A program made the translations under genes and the position numbers. The notes under the pieces were generated by a model. The model was not told the DNA's origin. It ran no database searches and saw only the letters and a list, made by a program, of their open reading frames with translations. A stretch of 64,000 bases of DNA from Chrysomallon squamiferum (Eukaryota > Animalia > Mollusca). Positions 15,961 to 29,419 of this stretch are shown piece after piece. Within the stretch, counting starts at the first letter, position 1. Every line of letters begins with the position of its first letter. The stretch is from assembly GCA_012295275.1 (NCBI GenBank), contig CM022674.1, positions 12,958,001 to 13,022,000 of the forward strand. Direction: 5' to 3'.

Positions 15961-16193
15961 GGTTGAGAATCCTTTATCCAAAATATTTGCAAATGGAAGT
16001 TTTTCGGATTTTAGAATATAAGAATAGGATCTACGTCTGAATACGAATTCCTTTATATTTCATATACGGTTTACATATTATATTTTTATTTGGTGCACAA
16101 TTAAAGTTTGTGTATGCAAAACTATCCTAAAATTGTAAGATATTGCTGTTTCTGCAGCTGAGAAAAAGTTTCGAATTTCGGAATTACGCATAA
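15961..16193. mobile_element. Degenerate Tigger/pogo-like MITE remnant
   Basis: Starts GGTTGAGAATCCTTTATCCAAAATATTTG...GAAGTTTTTCGGATTTT, resembling CAGGTTGAG-type Tigger termini and the element at 22325; the right end is decayed. Confidence 0.45.
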
Positions 16194-16680
16194 TGTTTTT
16201 TATAATGATTGTTGTATAAATATATTTGTAACATAATTCAGTTATAATTGTTTATTTGTATCAATAACTGTACATTTGTAATACAGTAAATGTAGAGTAT
16301 TAATTGTATTGTTTGTAATAATAATTGTTTATATTTTAACTGTACATTTAAATAATAATTATCGACTGGTTAAGTATATATATTTGTAAAGGTAAAAGTC
16401 GGATTGATATAAAAATATATGTATATATGTACCCTTGCGTTTGTTGTAATTGTCTAACTGGCGCGAGATGCTCAGCTGAGGATGATCATCATGATGAAAT
16501 ATAACAATGAAAATATTTACTTAGTAGAATGGTATATATAGAAATGTTTTCAATATCGTATTTATCTAATGTATAAATCTTTCGATACAGATGTGAAATC
16601 GTAATACAAATTAGAATGTTACGTATTCTGTTGAATTGTTATGAATAAAATAAATTAATATTTTTTTCTTTATCGATAAT

Positions 16681-16764
<84 letters not shown>

Positions 16765-16864
16765 GTATGTATGTTTGTAGGTAGGTAGATATGTATGTAT
16801 ATTGTGAAACAGTTGTTTAGTTGATAGTATCAATAAGGTGAGGCGTCCTTAGTAAAGGTTATAA

Positions 16865-16872
16865 CCGGAAGT
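16865..16872 (+). promoter_or_regulatory. ETS-type motif CCGGAAGT in the probable promoter of the C3orf14-like gene
   Basis: Perfect CCGGAAGT about 60 bp upstream of the ATG at 16932. Confidence 0.45.
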
Positions 16873-16931
16873 TGATTATGTCCAACTTTATTTACTTGCT
16901 TTCGTTTATTTTCTAATATTCACAAAACGTG

Positions 16932-17449
16932 ATGCATCCGGGACACCGTGAATCATATCAAGAAGTAGTAGAAAAATGGAAGCAGAAGGAAATGCAGTTA
17001 ACTCGACTCCACAAAGAAGTGTAAGTTTCGTTTACTTAGCGATCATAATAGCTAAGAGAGATAACTGCGACAACCAAAATTGCTAAATATTGAATACATC
17101 ATTTATGATCATTATTTTAATTGTATTGTACAAAGAAACAACAACAACAACAACAACAACAAAAAAAAACCCACACACAAAAACAACAACAGCTACAACA
17201 CACACACAAAAAAAAAATACCCATAATAATAATGATAATGTTTACAGATATATATTATATATGTGTAGGTGTATGTGTATATATACAATGTGAAGAATCT
17301 TTAGAAAAAGACGCCAGTATTCCAGCCAGTAATCGCTTTTTGAAACTCCGAGTAATTTTAATTTTATTAATATTATTTTATTTTGTAAAAAGTAATTCTC
17401 CAAAGCAGTTTTCAATTACTAAGAAAGTTATGTATTACTATTAATTTTA

Positions 17450-17528
<79 letters not shown>

Positions 17529-17562
17529 GATTTATAATTAGAATTCTCTCTTTTGCTTTCAG

Positions 17563-17624
<62 letters not shown>

Positions 17625-18431
17625 AGTGTCTTATTTAAATTCAGAGTTGATAGGAGAGAATCTCTAAAGAGGTCAACAGAAAATTTTCACCTAAACCAGT
17701 CAAAACGTGGAATAACATCTTTTACAAGTCTGCCACTGTCATCTGTCAATGCACTAGAGAGAAACCAACAACTTCTAAGTGTAAGTAATTTATATCAAAT
17801 TTAATAAATAAATACCAACAACTTCTAAGTGTAAGTAATTTATCTCAAATTTAATAAATAAATACCAACAACTTCTAAGTGTAAGTAATTTATCTCAAAT
17901 TTAATAAATAAATAAATACCAACAACTTCTAAATGTAAGTAATTTATCTCAAAAATTAAATAAATAAATACCAACAACTTCTAAATGTAAGTAATTTATC
18001 TCAAATTTAATAAATTTATCTCTAAAAGTAATTTATATCAAAGTTAATAAATAAATAAATACCAACAACTTCTAAATGTAAGTAATTTATCTCAAATTTA
18101 ATAAATAAATACCAACAACTTCTAAATGTAAGTAATTTATCTCAAATTTAGTAAATAAATAAAACCAGTGTGACGACTATGCACAAGTCTTTGATCATAT
18201 TAATATCGATGGGTTTATTTTATTTTATTTTATTTTATTCATTTTTATTCATTTTTTGTCATCAGTAATATTAGTATCATCATCATCATTATTATTATCA
18301 ATATCATCATCATAATCATCATCAGTATTATTAGTATCATCAACGACATCATCAATATTATTATTTTTAATTTTTATTAAATTTGTTTGTAATCATTACT
18401 AGTATAGTTTTTTACTTTTTGCTGTTATTGT

Positions 18432-18517
<86 letters not shown>

Positions 18518-19408
18518 TATTATTATTATTGTTTAAAAATTAAATTATTGATTGGAATTAAACAGTTAAAGAGTTGTAATAATTCATACACCACATGTTG
18601 TTTTAAACTGATAAAATATTGGATATTTCAGGAGATGGAACGATGTGAAGAATCTTTAGAAAAAGACGCCAGTATTCCATCCAGTAATCGCTTTTTGTTA
18701 CTCCAAGTAATTTTAATTTTATTAATATTATTTTATTTTTTGTAAAAAAATTATTCTCCAAAGCAGTTTTCAATTACTAAGTAAGTTATGTATTACTATT
18801 AATTTTGTTACGTACACTGTATTTAAAAACCAAATGTTCATTAACATATATTTTATCATGGTGCAAATAATACAGAATAATCAAGCAAAAAATATTTACA
18901 AAACAGCTTCAACAATGCTGTCATATTCTTGTTTGCTGTTTTTCATTTCTGATTTCTAACTAATAGTTATTTTTTGTTGTTTTTGTCAGCTAGTGATTTG
19001 ATTCATTTTTAAAAACAGAACGATCCCAAATAAAAAAATGTATTTGTTTTAATTTAGGATTAGAAATTTTTATTTATTTATTTATTCATTTATTTATTTA
19101 TTCATTTATTTATTGGTTTATTGTTTTATTTACTTAACTTACATTTGTTTTTAAATTTAATTTAATTTATTTATTTATTTATTTATATATTTATTTATTT
19201 ATTGTTGATTCTTTAATTTCTCTTATTTTTAAATCTCTGTCTTTGTATATTCATTGTTACAGGCTAACTATTGTATATTCATTGTTACAGGCTAACTATT
19301 GTATATTCATTGTTACAGAATAACTACTGGACTATGGTGAAGAGTATGTTTCCACTGTGGGCGAGTTCATATTTTGGGTCATCTGATGACATCACAGGGG
19401 TCAAATAA
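16932..19408 (+). CDS. CEP15: C3orf14/CEP15-like small coiled-coil protein, 129 aa
   Basis: Exons 16932-17020, 17645-17780, 18632-18706 and 19319-19408 join in frame (390 nt, GT-AG): MHPGHRESYQEVVEKWKQKEMQLTRLHKEVVDRRESLKR...NALERNQQLLSEMERCEESLEKDASIPSSNRFLLLQNNYWTMVKSMFPLW...GVK*. The motifs E..L...H.E....R..L, A..RN..LL......E.SL and L...YW..V....P.W match my recollection of human C3orf14, which has a similar length. Confidence 0.82.
17288..17448 (+). repeat. Dispersed ~160-bp copy of CEP15-like exon 3 plus adjoining intron, located in intron 1
   Basis: Closely similar to 18643-18806 (ATGTGAAGAATCTTTAGAAAAAGACGCCAGTATTCCA...GTATTACTATTAATTTT); lacks the acceptor and the first 11 nt of the exon. 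Confidence 0.9.
17764..18166 (+). repeat. ~50-bp tandem repeat, about 7 full copies, spanning the CEP15-like exon 2 donor
   Basis: Unit ACCAACAACTTCTAA(G/A)T|GTAAGTAATTTATCTCAAATTTAATAAATAAAT; the first copy is the true exon end. Confidence 0.93.
19243..19326 (+). repeat. 28-bp tandem repeat, 3 copies, spanning the CEP15-like last-exon acceptor
   Basis: TTGTATATTCATTGTTACAG|GCTAACTA twice, then TTGTATATTCATTGTTACAG|AATAACTA (the true junction). Confidence 0.93.
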
Positions 19409-19478
19409 GAAGAAAACTATGAGCTACAGTGTCATCAGTACAAAATGTTAGAAGTACTGGACAATATTTAACTATTTC

Positions 19479-19559
<81 letters not shown>

Positions 19560-19845
19560 AACAATAAAAAATAATAATATGCAATAGAATATATATATAT
19601 ATATATATAATTGATCTCAAAAATATTATAGTATTATATGAAATTATTAATTACTATTGCATTTCTAATATGTATATAAAGAAAGTATTGTATAATAAAT
19701 TTTATTTATTTAACTGTATTTTATGTCTTTAAGACTGCAACAAAACAACAAAGATACTGAATATATCTTTGTAAAGGATGTGTTTTGTGGGTTGAAATAT
19801 TTTATGAATAACTCTTAATGATATAAAACTAAGGAATAACTACAT

Positions 19846-19846
<1 letters not shown>

Positions 19847-19894
<48 letters not shown>

Positions 19895-20038
19895 TAATAG
19901 TAATAAATAATGATAGTAGTAATAATATAATAGTAATAAATAATGATAATAGTAATATAATAATAATAATAATAAATAATGATAGTAATAATTATAAACA
20001 ATAATAATAATAATAATGAATAATAATAATAGTAATAA

Positions 20039-20069
<31 letters not shown>

Positions 20070-20205
20070 ATAATAATAGTAATAATACTAATAATAATAG
20101 TAATAATAATGAATAATAATTGTAATAAATAATAATGATAGTAATAATAATAATTAATAATTATAAACAGTAATAATAATAATGATAATATTATAATAAT
20201 AATAA
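19847..20205. repeat. (AAT)n-rich simple repeat
   Basis: Direct reading. Other (AAT/ATT)n tracts at about 12020, 17565, 23450, 23955, 24090, 30595, 34750, 49152, 57232 and 62804. Confidence 0.95.
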
Positions 20206-20927
20206 AGATGATGATTATGATGATGGTAAAATCAAGTTGTCAGTAACTTCCAGTATTATCAGGTTGTTATATTTTTTCTGGTTCTTTTAAATTGCTTTTT
20301 AATTTTTTTTTTTTTATGTAATATTTCAATTATTATTATTTTTTTTTTTTTTCAACATTTGCATTATTCATTCTTAAATAAGGACTATGAATATTGCTGG
20401 AAATAAAAATAAAAGTAATATTTTGTTCGCTTATTTATATTAAAAAAAAAAAATGAAAGCAAAGATATCGTCAAAAGAAGCTGTCATGACATTATTGAAG
20501 GGAGGCAACTGAATCAGTTACAAACAAAATTTTAAATTGCAGTTATGGGACTTAGACTGCTTAAATGAGAAACGACTGATCTCGGTCGTATCAATTTTAT
20601 TTTGTTTATTTAAAATGTATTATCTTTTTCGTTCTTTTTTTTCTTTCTTTCTTCTTTTTTAAAATTTGCCTTTTTCTTTCTTTCTTTCTTTACTCTTTTC
20701 TGTTTTTTTTTTTTTTTTTTTGCATGATCATTTGTGAACTGATATTAATATAAGCACATTATTCTCAGAATACTTTAAACAGTGTAAAATTGTTATAATT
20801 TATAATAATGTTATTTGACTTAAATAAATAAATAAATAAAAGAATAACTTCATTTTAAAATATTTCAGTATCATTCATGAATATTTAAAAATTGATAACG
20901 TGAAATTATTTGACATTGCTTGTAATC

Positions 20928-21016
20928 CCCGTGATAGCTCAGTTGGTAGAGCGGAGGACTGTAGAGGTTTATACAAAGCTATCCTTAGGTCACTGGTTCG
21001 AATCCGGTTCGCGGGA
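20928..21016 (+). tRNA. tRNA-Tyr(GUA) with 16-nt intron, CCCGTGA type
   Basis: CCCGTGATAGCTCAGTTGGTAGAGCGGAGGACTGTAG-aggtttatacaaagct-ATCCTTAGGTCACTGGTTCGAATCCGGTTCGCGGGA; full cloverleaf; T-run terminator downstream. Confidence 0.95.
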
Positions 21017-22016
21017 AAATAATTTTATTATTTTTTAAATTTTTATTATTATTATTATCATTATATATGTATTATTTTCTAATTTTTTAACAAATATATT
21101 TGGATGATTGATATTTCAATTGTTTTTTTTTTTTAAATTTTGTTTAATTTATATTTTTATATTTGTTGTTTATATGTACATCCGTCAGTTATAACTATTT
21201 ATAAGTGACAGACATTAGATCTATTTCCATGTGGTTTGAAAACAAACAATTGATGAAAAGAGTCTTTCATTTATATATTTAGTATTGCTCTAAGTTACAA
21301 CAACAGCAGCACCAACACATTTCTAACTATAATAATTATGAAAATGTCTACCATATATTTTAATATTGCTACAGCTTATAACAACAACAACAACAATATT
21401 TCAGTCTAAATAATTTTGAATGAATAGAAAAAAAAGTATGTAACATTTTTTTTTTTTCTGATAATGTAATAAAAGGCAATTTTACAATATTAGGAACTTC
21501 GTAATAAATCAGAAATAAATGAAATAAAAATAAATAAATACATACATAACAGAAGTTAACGAAAACTTATAAAAAATAATGATTAAAAAAATATAAATTT
21601 TCAGCGAACATATCGAACTTGTTATTACTATGGTTCCACTTTAAATCACTATGGTTTCTTTGTAATCAAACTGTAAGTTGGTTAGAAATTCTTTCATATT
21701 AATATCATCATCATCATCATCATTCTGCTTTATATTATTATTATTATTATTATTACTGTTGTTTTTCATTTTGTCCATAAAATTCTGTTTCTCTTCCTGC
21801 TATAACAACAATACATTTTATATCTTGAAAGAATAACATATATGAAGAAACACTTTCAGTTTTATTTATATCTACATTATTTTCTCTCAGTATGACAGAC
21901 AACATAACGGACGCAGAACGGATGGATTAACATACACAAATCAGAAAGTTTAACTAATACATAAACTGACTAACGAAAATATCAGAAGATAATAATAATA
22001 ATTTAAAAATGTAAAT

Positions 22017-22105
22017 TCCCGCGAACCGGATTCGAACCAGTGACCTAAGGATAGCTTTGTATAAACCTCTACAGTCCTCCGCTCTACCAACTGAGCTATC
22101 ACGGG
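22017..22105 (-). tRNA. tRNA-Tyr(GUA) with intron, CCCGTGA type
   Basis: Complete reverse-complement copy of the 89-nt gene. Confidence 0.95.
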
Positions 22106-22125
22106 ATGTGATAATTATGACGACT

Positions 22126-22178
22126 TTAGGATAGCTTTAAACAATCTTCTACAGTAAACTCACCCAGCTGAGCTATCA
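22126..22178 (-). pseudogene. Degenerate partial tRNA-Tyr copy
   Basis: TTAGGATAGCTTT...TCTACAGT...CTGAGCTATCA; mutated and truncated, directly upstream of the gene at 22017-22105. Confidence 0.65.
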
Positions 22179-22324
22179 GTTAGACAATATTTGATCCACT
22201 GAATTATTATGATACATTATGTACTGGGAGATATCATTTCGTATTAATTAGTGTTTTATAAGCATCCTTTATAATAATTATTGAAATACTCAGCCAGGTA
22301 TTTGTGTGTATAACTTGATAATGC

Positions 22325-22407
22325 AGGTTGAGAATTCTTATCCGAAACTTTTCAGAGCATTAGAAATAGTGATATCTTACAGCTTTCGGATAGACAAACT
22401 TTACTTG
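22325..22407. mobile_element. Short Tigger-like MITE, about 85 bp
   Basis: Imperfect TIRs CAGGTTGAGAATTCTTATCCGAAA ... TTTCGGATAGACAAACTTTACTTG followed by TA. Confidence 0.5.
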
Positions 22408-22859
22408 TACACAGAATTATTTAAAATATTATTTTAAAATATCACGCAGGCTAATTGTATAAGCTGATAATGTGTTTTTTACGTTGCCATTTTTTCCTAC
22501 AACCCATAAAACAACGCCTGGTTTATTTATCGCCTCGATATTTATTTACACATGAACACTGTCCTTTTTCATTTATGAAGTTTTACTATGGTGACTGTAG
22601 TCATAATACCATTATGGTTGTTGCTGATGATGATGTAGCTTCTGTCGTTGTTATTGTTATCATTATTATTATTATTATTAATAAAAATGTGTTCCCTCGA
22701 CGTTTAATATCTAAAAGAAAAATGTCCATCCTTTTTCCCTACTCGGTATGCTCTCTATACGTCACTATATCACTCAGGTGATTAAATTACCAGTATACGG
22801 TTTTATTTACAAGTTTCAATTACGCGCAATCAATTGTAACAGTGATAAACTATTTTTGA

Positions 22860-23260
22860 TGACACGTAAGGGAACGATGACGCTTTATTCCCGCCATCTA
22901 CGTTTGTAGGTTTCCCGCCAAACATCTTTGTCCCAGACGGGCGGGTCATCGCAAACGATCGGGGTCATATTGTTTGATGTTCCACAAACAATGGACCTGC
23001 TGAATTGCAGCTAGCTCAATATGCAGAAGCAATTATTCAATGTCTCGCTTACAATGTAATTGTAACGGGCATATCAATCACATATTTGTGCATTCACCAG
23101 CCGTGAAAGGCACGTCTCGCAGATTCTCGCGAGGTCGCGACCCCGACCACGGATCAAATATGGCGGACGAGAAATCAAATAGATTATGTGAGGCAGGCGG
23201 CCCAAAGTGGATTAGCAAATGTTGATGTGGTCGCTATGGCTGCGTTGACCAAGCTTTTAG
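22860..23260. promoter_or_regulatory. CpG-rich promoter-like island
   Basis: Two E2F-like TTCCCGCCA (22888, 22912), TCTCGCGAG (23125) and YY1-like AAATATGGCGG around the ATG at 23160; no downstream gene identified. Confidence 0.4.
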
Positions 23261-23412
23261 TTAGTTTTATTATAATGAAAACTCTCCGTCGCTTGCTTAG
23301 TTAGATAGTAATATAGTTAATTTTGTAATTTTTCATATGCAGTGGAAGAACATGTGCGTACAAGGAAATAACTATTTATGGCTGTAATTATTTCCTGGAT
23401 TAATAATACTAA

Positions 23413-23494
<82 letters not shown>

Positions 23495-23532
23495 CAAATA
23501 ATCAAAATAATAATAAGAAGAAAATTATGATG

Positions 23533-23570
<38 letters not shown>

Positions 23571-23882
23571 AGGTAAATAAATAATAATAAAGAAATAGAA
23601 TCAGAATATTACAAAGACGATAACATTAATTAATATAATATATGTTATATACACATTCGATATGAACCACCTACATATAAGAATATGATACAGTGTTTTA
23701 AATCCAGAGACTTTCATTTTTGAATTAAGAACTGACACGAATATCTTTAACACGCACAAGCTCAAAAGATTCAGAAGTAATATTACTGCTGTAGGTATTA
23801 TCTGAAAAGTTAAACTTTCTAATCTGAATCGAATATTTAAAAAATAATAATAATAAAAAATAAACAATAACAAAAAACAAAC

Positions 23883-23943
23883 AGGACTGTAGAGGTCTAT
23901 ACACATCAACCTTAGGTCACTGGTTCGAATCCGGTTCGCGGGA
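23883..23943 (+). pseudogene. 5'-truncated tRNA-Tyr pseudogene
   Basis: AGGACTGTAG-mutated intron-CCTTAGGTCACTGGTTCGAATCCGGTTCGCGGGA; the acceptor 5' strand, D arm and A box are missing. Confidence 0.85.
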
Positions 23944-23969
23944 ATATCTTTTTATTATTATTATTATTA

Positions 23970-24028
<59 letters not shown>

Positions 24029-24090
24029 GCAGGAAGAGAAATGGAATTTTAAGGACAAAATGAAAATAATAATAATAGTAAAAATAATAA

Positions 24091-24144
<54 letters not shown>

Positions 24145-24355
24145 TTACAAGAAATATCACGCTCGGAATGATAATTATTAAACGTATAAATAAATAAATA
24201 AAAACACATAAACCCGAGTCAAAACTATTCGAGACCTGCGTGCCAAGGGCGATAACTGAATGAAGATATAACGTGACGACAAGTGTTCATAACGAGACAG
24301 CCAGACTTAGATCTTCCTATTCATCGAGTCGTTATTTTAAGCCACATTTTCCCAT

Positions 24356-24444
24356 CCCGTGATAGCTCAGTTGGTAGAGCGGAGGACTGTAGAGGTTTAT
24401 TCAAAGCTATCCTTAGGTCACTGGTTCGAATCCGGTTCGCGGGA
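24356..24444 (+). tRNA. tRNA-Tyr(GUA) with intron, CCCGTGA type
   Basis: Complete gene; intron variant aggtttattcaaagct; long T-run downstream. Confidence 0.95.
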
Positions 24445-24479
24445 ATTGACTTTTTTTTTTTTTTTTTTTCTTTTTTAAT

Positions 24480-24511
<32 letters not shown>

Positions 24512-26090
24512 TTTTTTTTAGTATTATTTTCTTGTTCTAATATATTATTTATCCATTTAATTATTGGATTAGTTTACTATTTAAATTTTATTTCATTAAC
24601 TTATTTTCATTGACATCTTTATTTTAATAGAGCAAGGATACATTGCTAAAATGTCGTCATTGGTCTAACTTCTTACACATTTCTTCATATATATATATAT
24701 ATTATTTGTCCTGATTTAAACATTATACGTTATTTGAAATATATAAGGCTAGGCTACCCTGTTTCTCAGTTTTATTAAAATTGATACACTCATGACGTGC
24801 GGATCTCTGTCTGTGATGGTTGTATGTGTGTCTGTACGTTACTTTTCGCGTATGGAAGATAATACCATCTGATATGTATTAATATCGACTTTTCTAAATA
24901 ATTATTTCCATATCGACTGTTTCTCGACTCAAAAACATCTCCTGCTCGTTTTAAAAGAAACAGTGCGCCTTCTGACAAATTTCATTTCGTTCTGTTTATC
25001 TCGTGCCGATCTCCATCTTGGCGCGCTCTCCATCTCGATTCAGTGTTTGATAAAAACAAATGAACCGAACGGATAGGCCTGCTTCCAACATGGCGGACAG
25101 ATGGTTCTCTCAGTCGTCTGCTCTGACAGAACATTTTTCTTGATAAGTGAACAGTTGGTCACTAATTGTCCCGACAGCACAAACTGCCCTTTCTTAATCC
25201 CGCCGTGTGGTCAGTCTGTCTGACCAAACACCGATAGTGACCGCTCTAACGATAGACAAACAAACTGACCGCAGCAGACACAATTGGACATTTCCCAGAA
25301 GTCTCCGCGTCTGGGTGAACCAGCAGATGATGTTTGTACGGAAGACGTGCTATCGCTGGTTCAAGCTAAACCACGGAGGATAAAAACAATGAACTTTGTG
25401 AAAGGTCTTACTGTATTAATTTAATTAATTGGGTTTTACTGAAGGAAATTTTGACAGTAAACAAACTGGAACTCAAGCTGTGAATAACCGTTCATGATAA
25501 AACGTTAACAGAATTTAACTTAAGTATCGAAGAAAAAAAAATATTTTTCTTTTTCATTCTTTTACCCTTAGGCATTGATAAATTAGAAAATTTAATTTTA
25601 TAAAGTAAATGACAACAACAACAACATCAATAAAAATAATAATAATAACGACAATAACAATAATTGCAATTACTAAATTAAACTGAAAATAATTTTCGTC
25701 TGTTTATTATTGTCACACACACGCGCATACATACATAAACACTCGCACAAATACACAGAAACACACACAAAAACACACACACACACACACATTTATACTC
25801 GAACATCTGTAAATCTACCACAAATTCATATATATTATTTTTATATCTCCGTTTGTCCATTTCCATTTTCTTTTCTTTCTTTTTTTTTTTTTTCTTCTAA
25901 GCTGTCTCGTCTTCTGACTCCCTTACTGATTTATTTTCTTTCTCAACATCGCTCCCTCCATCTTTCCAATTCTCGTTCTTCTCTCTCTCATTCATTCATT
26001 CATTCACTCTATCCCTCTCTTTTTTCAACAGTTTTTCGAAAAAAAAATTCATCTTATCTTTCTTTATTTTTCTATTTCACACACACACAC

Positions 26091-26125
<35 letters not shown>

Positions 26126-27483
26126 TTCGTTCAGTCTGACACTTTTCCATTCTCTATTTAGTTCACAGTTTCCGATAAGCAACTGTTTTTATTTATTAGT
26201 TTGTTTATTTCAAAAAAAAAAGGTACTGGTCAGTACTTATTTCGCCATCATCCTATTTTTTCAATTAATCGTGTCTGGATAAGCGACGGAGATAAAACAA
26301 ACATTCTATTTCCAATTTACAGAAAACGTATTTCCATTCACCTACTCTTAATTTTGTACCGCCTTGGAGCGGTCTGCCGCCAGCTGATCTGTCTCGCGAC
26401 AGACGATAAACTTAAATTGGCGGGAAAACAATTTATTTGCTTAATCATCACAAGTTATTTCAGTGCGTTTCACGCGGAGAAGGACTTATCTTTTAAACGG
26501 CCGTGTTATAAAGGAAAACACCTCTTTTTTTGAAAAGTGTATAATTATGTAAATTTAGATGGTAATTTAAAGAGGCGGGGTTATTTTTAAAATATTTAAG
26601 AGTAATAATAATTCGACAAGTGTCAGAGCTGCTGTAATGGAGCATATTTGCTTTCTTTTCGTATTGTTTAGATGATAATGACGTTGTCAGTGTGTTTGTT
26701 AGTGTTCGTCCTGTTCTTTATTATCACCGTCGTTGTCGTTGTCATCATTATAATCATCATCATCTTCTTATTCTTCTTATTATTATTATTATTATTATTA
26801 TTATATCACATAAATAATTAAAAAAAAAAATCTTATACATCTTATTCACAGAGGCACTGTTTGGGATAACAAACAAACACATTATTAATCTGCTTAGCTG
26901 ACCGGACGTTATTCCTTTATAAATACTATTAATTCTTTCTTTCTGTTTTGTGAACATGATTCATCACAAACAGTTATACACAAAGACCGACAGAGTCCAC
27001 CATTGTCAACTTTGACCTCAGAAATGACCCTGTCTGACGGGTCATGAATAAACCCATTGTTATTTATATCGACTTAATTTTGTGATGTGGAGAGAGGAAG
27101 CTGTTTGTAACACCACGATTCATAAATCATAAACATAACTTTATATTGTCATTAGAATGAGAATAAAACAGGGTGTCAACTCTTTAAAATTATCTTTATT
27201 TTTATTTTTGAAAATTCTTATTGTTGCCCTTTTATTCCTTCTTTCTCTTTAATACGAAAAGTCAGTAAATATAAGGCATTTAGATAACGGCGTTCTTTCC
27301 AAGTTTCCTAGATGTAGAATCTATGAGCCACAAACTCACATATAAAAAAAAAAAAACCTTCATACCTTCAATATATTTAAATATATAATTAATTTACACT
27401 GCTGTTTTAAATAGTTGTATTTCTTAAAATAAACCTTGCTTAACGCGGGAAATATTTTATGATTTTTATGAGCCTAGCACTCA

Positions 27484-27664
<181 letters not shown>

Positions 27665-29285
27665 TCCCTACTTTTTTTTATATAAATACACAATTTAATA
27701 TTTTGTTTTATAATTTTTGTCAGTACAAATACATTTAAAAAACAGGAATTTCAAAAAATATATATTTAAGACAGAACAGAAGAATGAATAAAAATCAATT
27801 TACCAGGAGGGACATAAAGTATTAAACAAGACAGCGTGACTAACAGATAGACTGACACAGACAATATACGACTATGATAATCTGGGAGCGTTTGAATAAC
27901 AACATTTTGTTGTGGTACGTAAATCACGAGAGAAAAAGAATAGAGTGAATTATCCAGAGGAACGGACACACGGACACAGACAGAAGGTTACATTGTACGA
28001 GTATGGATTACTGTGCTGCTATTTGAAGATAGCGTGGATTTGCGGTAGGTGAATTCCTTCAGCTGTGATCACCAGAGTGCAAAAAAAAAAAAAAAAAATA
28101 ACAAATTTTGATAAAGGGCTTTTCTGTCGCCGGTGTTTACCCCTTCGCCGTCAATTATTTAATTAGTGACTGGTTACCCATCCTTTGCTAACACTCGACA
28201 CTGGATATGTCAAAAGAACGGCCGTTTTTTTTCTCTTATCTATTTCAAGCTTTGACAGGGGATTACAAAAACCACACTAATTTATTGAATGGTGATTCCA
28301 AAAGCGTTTTGTGCACTGGTATACGTCTGTACCGAGCAAACTTACCGCCATTGTCTGGAGCCACACAGCGGAACACTTGACAAAAACACGGTGCAATGGT
28401 CGGATAACTCTGGCGGACATTAGTACTTTCCCGATGACAGAAAAATTACCGGTTAGGACAGTACGAAAACCAACCCCCTGATCCTTCTTGGATCATGTTG
28501 CCGCGAGTTACATGTATCAGTAATTCTATTAGTGATCGGAAAATCAATTAAGGATTCGGTTACGAGCTTCTAAGTGGACGAAATGTCCCAATTACAGTAT
28601 CGTTTTACCCACGAACCCGTACGCCGCTGAAATACGGCCTCGACAGGGTGGAACAAGAATGTACGTTTCACCCGTTGACTCTTTAAATTTTAGTCATTTC
28701 TCACAGTTTTTTTCTTTCTTTCTTTCTAATTTTTGTAAAAAAAATTCTTACTTATTTCTATTTACCTTTAAAAAAAAATTTTTTTTTTTTTTTTTTTTAA
28801 ATATTATTTTCAGAGTTGGTTTATCTTTTCAGTAAGATTGATAACAGATTTTGGTTTTTGTGTTGTTTGTAATTATACTTTTCTTTTTTTTTTTTTTTTT
28901 CTTTTTTTTTTTCTTTTTTTAATAATAAGATTGATAATATAAATCATACATCTTATGTTATACAAAACACTATAATTATACAATTTTATTAAGTATACAA
29001 TACACCATATAATATTATATGTGACGTTACTATCTATATGACACAGTGTATAAACACACATACACACACCGAGTATAGTGTATTCTCTTTCGTTCACATA
29101 AACATTCTCCTATGATATATATAACTCCTTATTTTATTTTATTTTTTTTTTTTTTTTTAATATTTATTTTAATATTTTATTTTTTTTTTTTTTTATCAGT
29201 TAATATTAAAAATTAAGTAATACAAAAAATAATAATTAAGATTACAAAATGTATTCAAAACAAATTTTTAAAATATGAAAACTTC

Positions 29286-29341
29286 CCAGTGACCTAAGGA
29301 TTTTTATAAACCTCAACAATCGTCCGCTCTGCCAATTGAGC
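29286..29341 (-). pseudogene. Degenerate tRNA-Tyr fragment
   Basis: CCAGTGACCTAAGGATTTTTATAAACCTCAACAATCGTCCGCTCTGCCAATTGAGC; anticodon mutated, both ends lost. Confidence 0.75.
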
Positions 29342-29381
29342 CTTTGGGCATAAAAATACAGATCTACATATACACGTAGAT

Positions 29382-29419
<38 letters not shown>

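Noticed and set aside
27443-27460. CGCGGGAAATATTTT resembling a tRNA-Tyr 3' end
   Set aside because: Only about 7 nt match the tRNA; too short to call a pseudogene.
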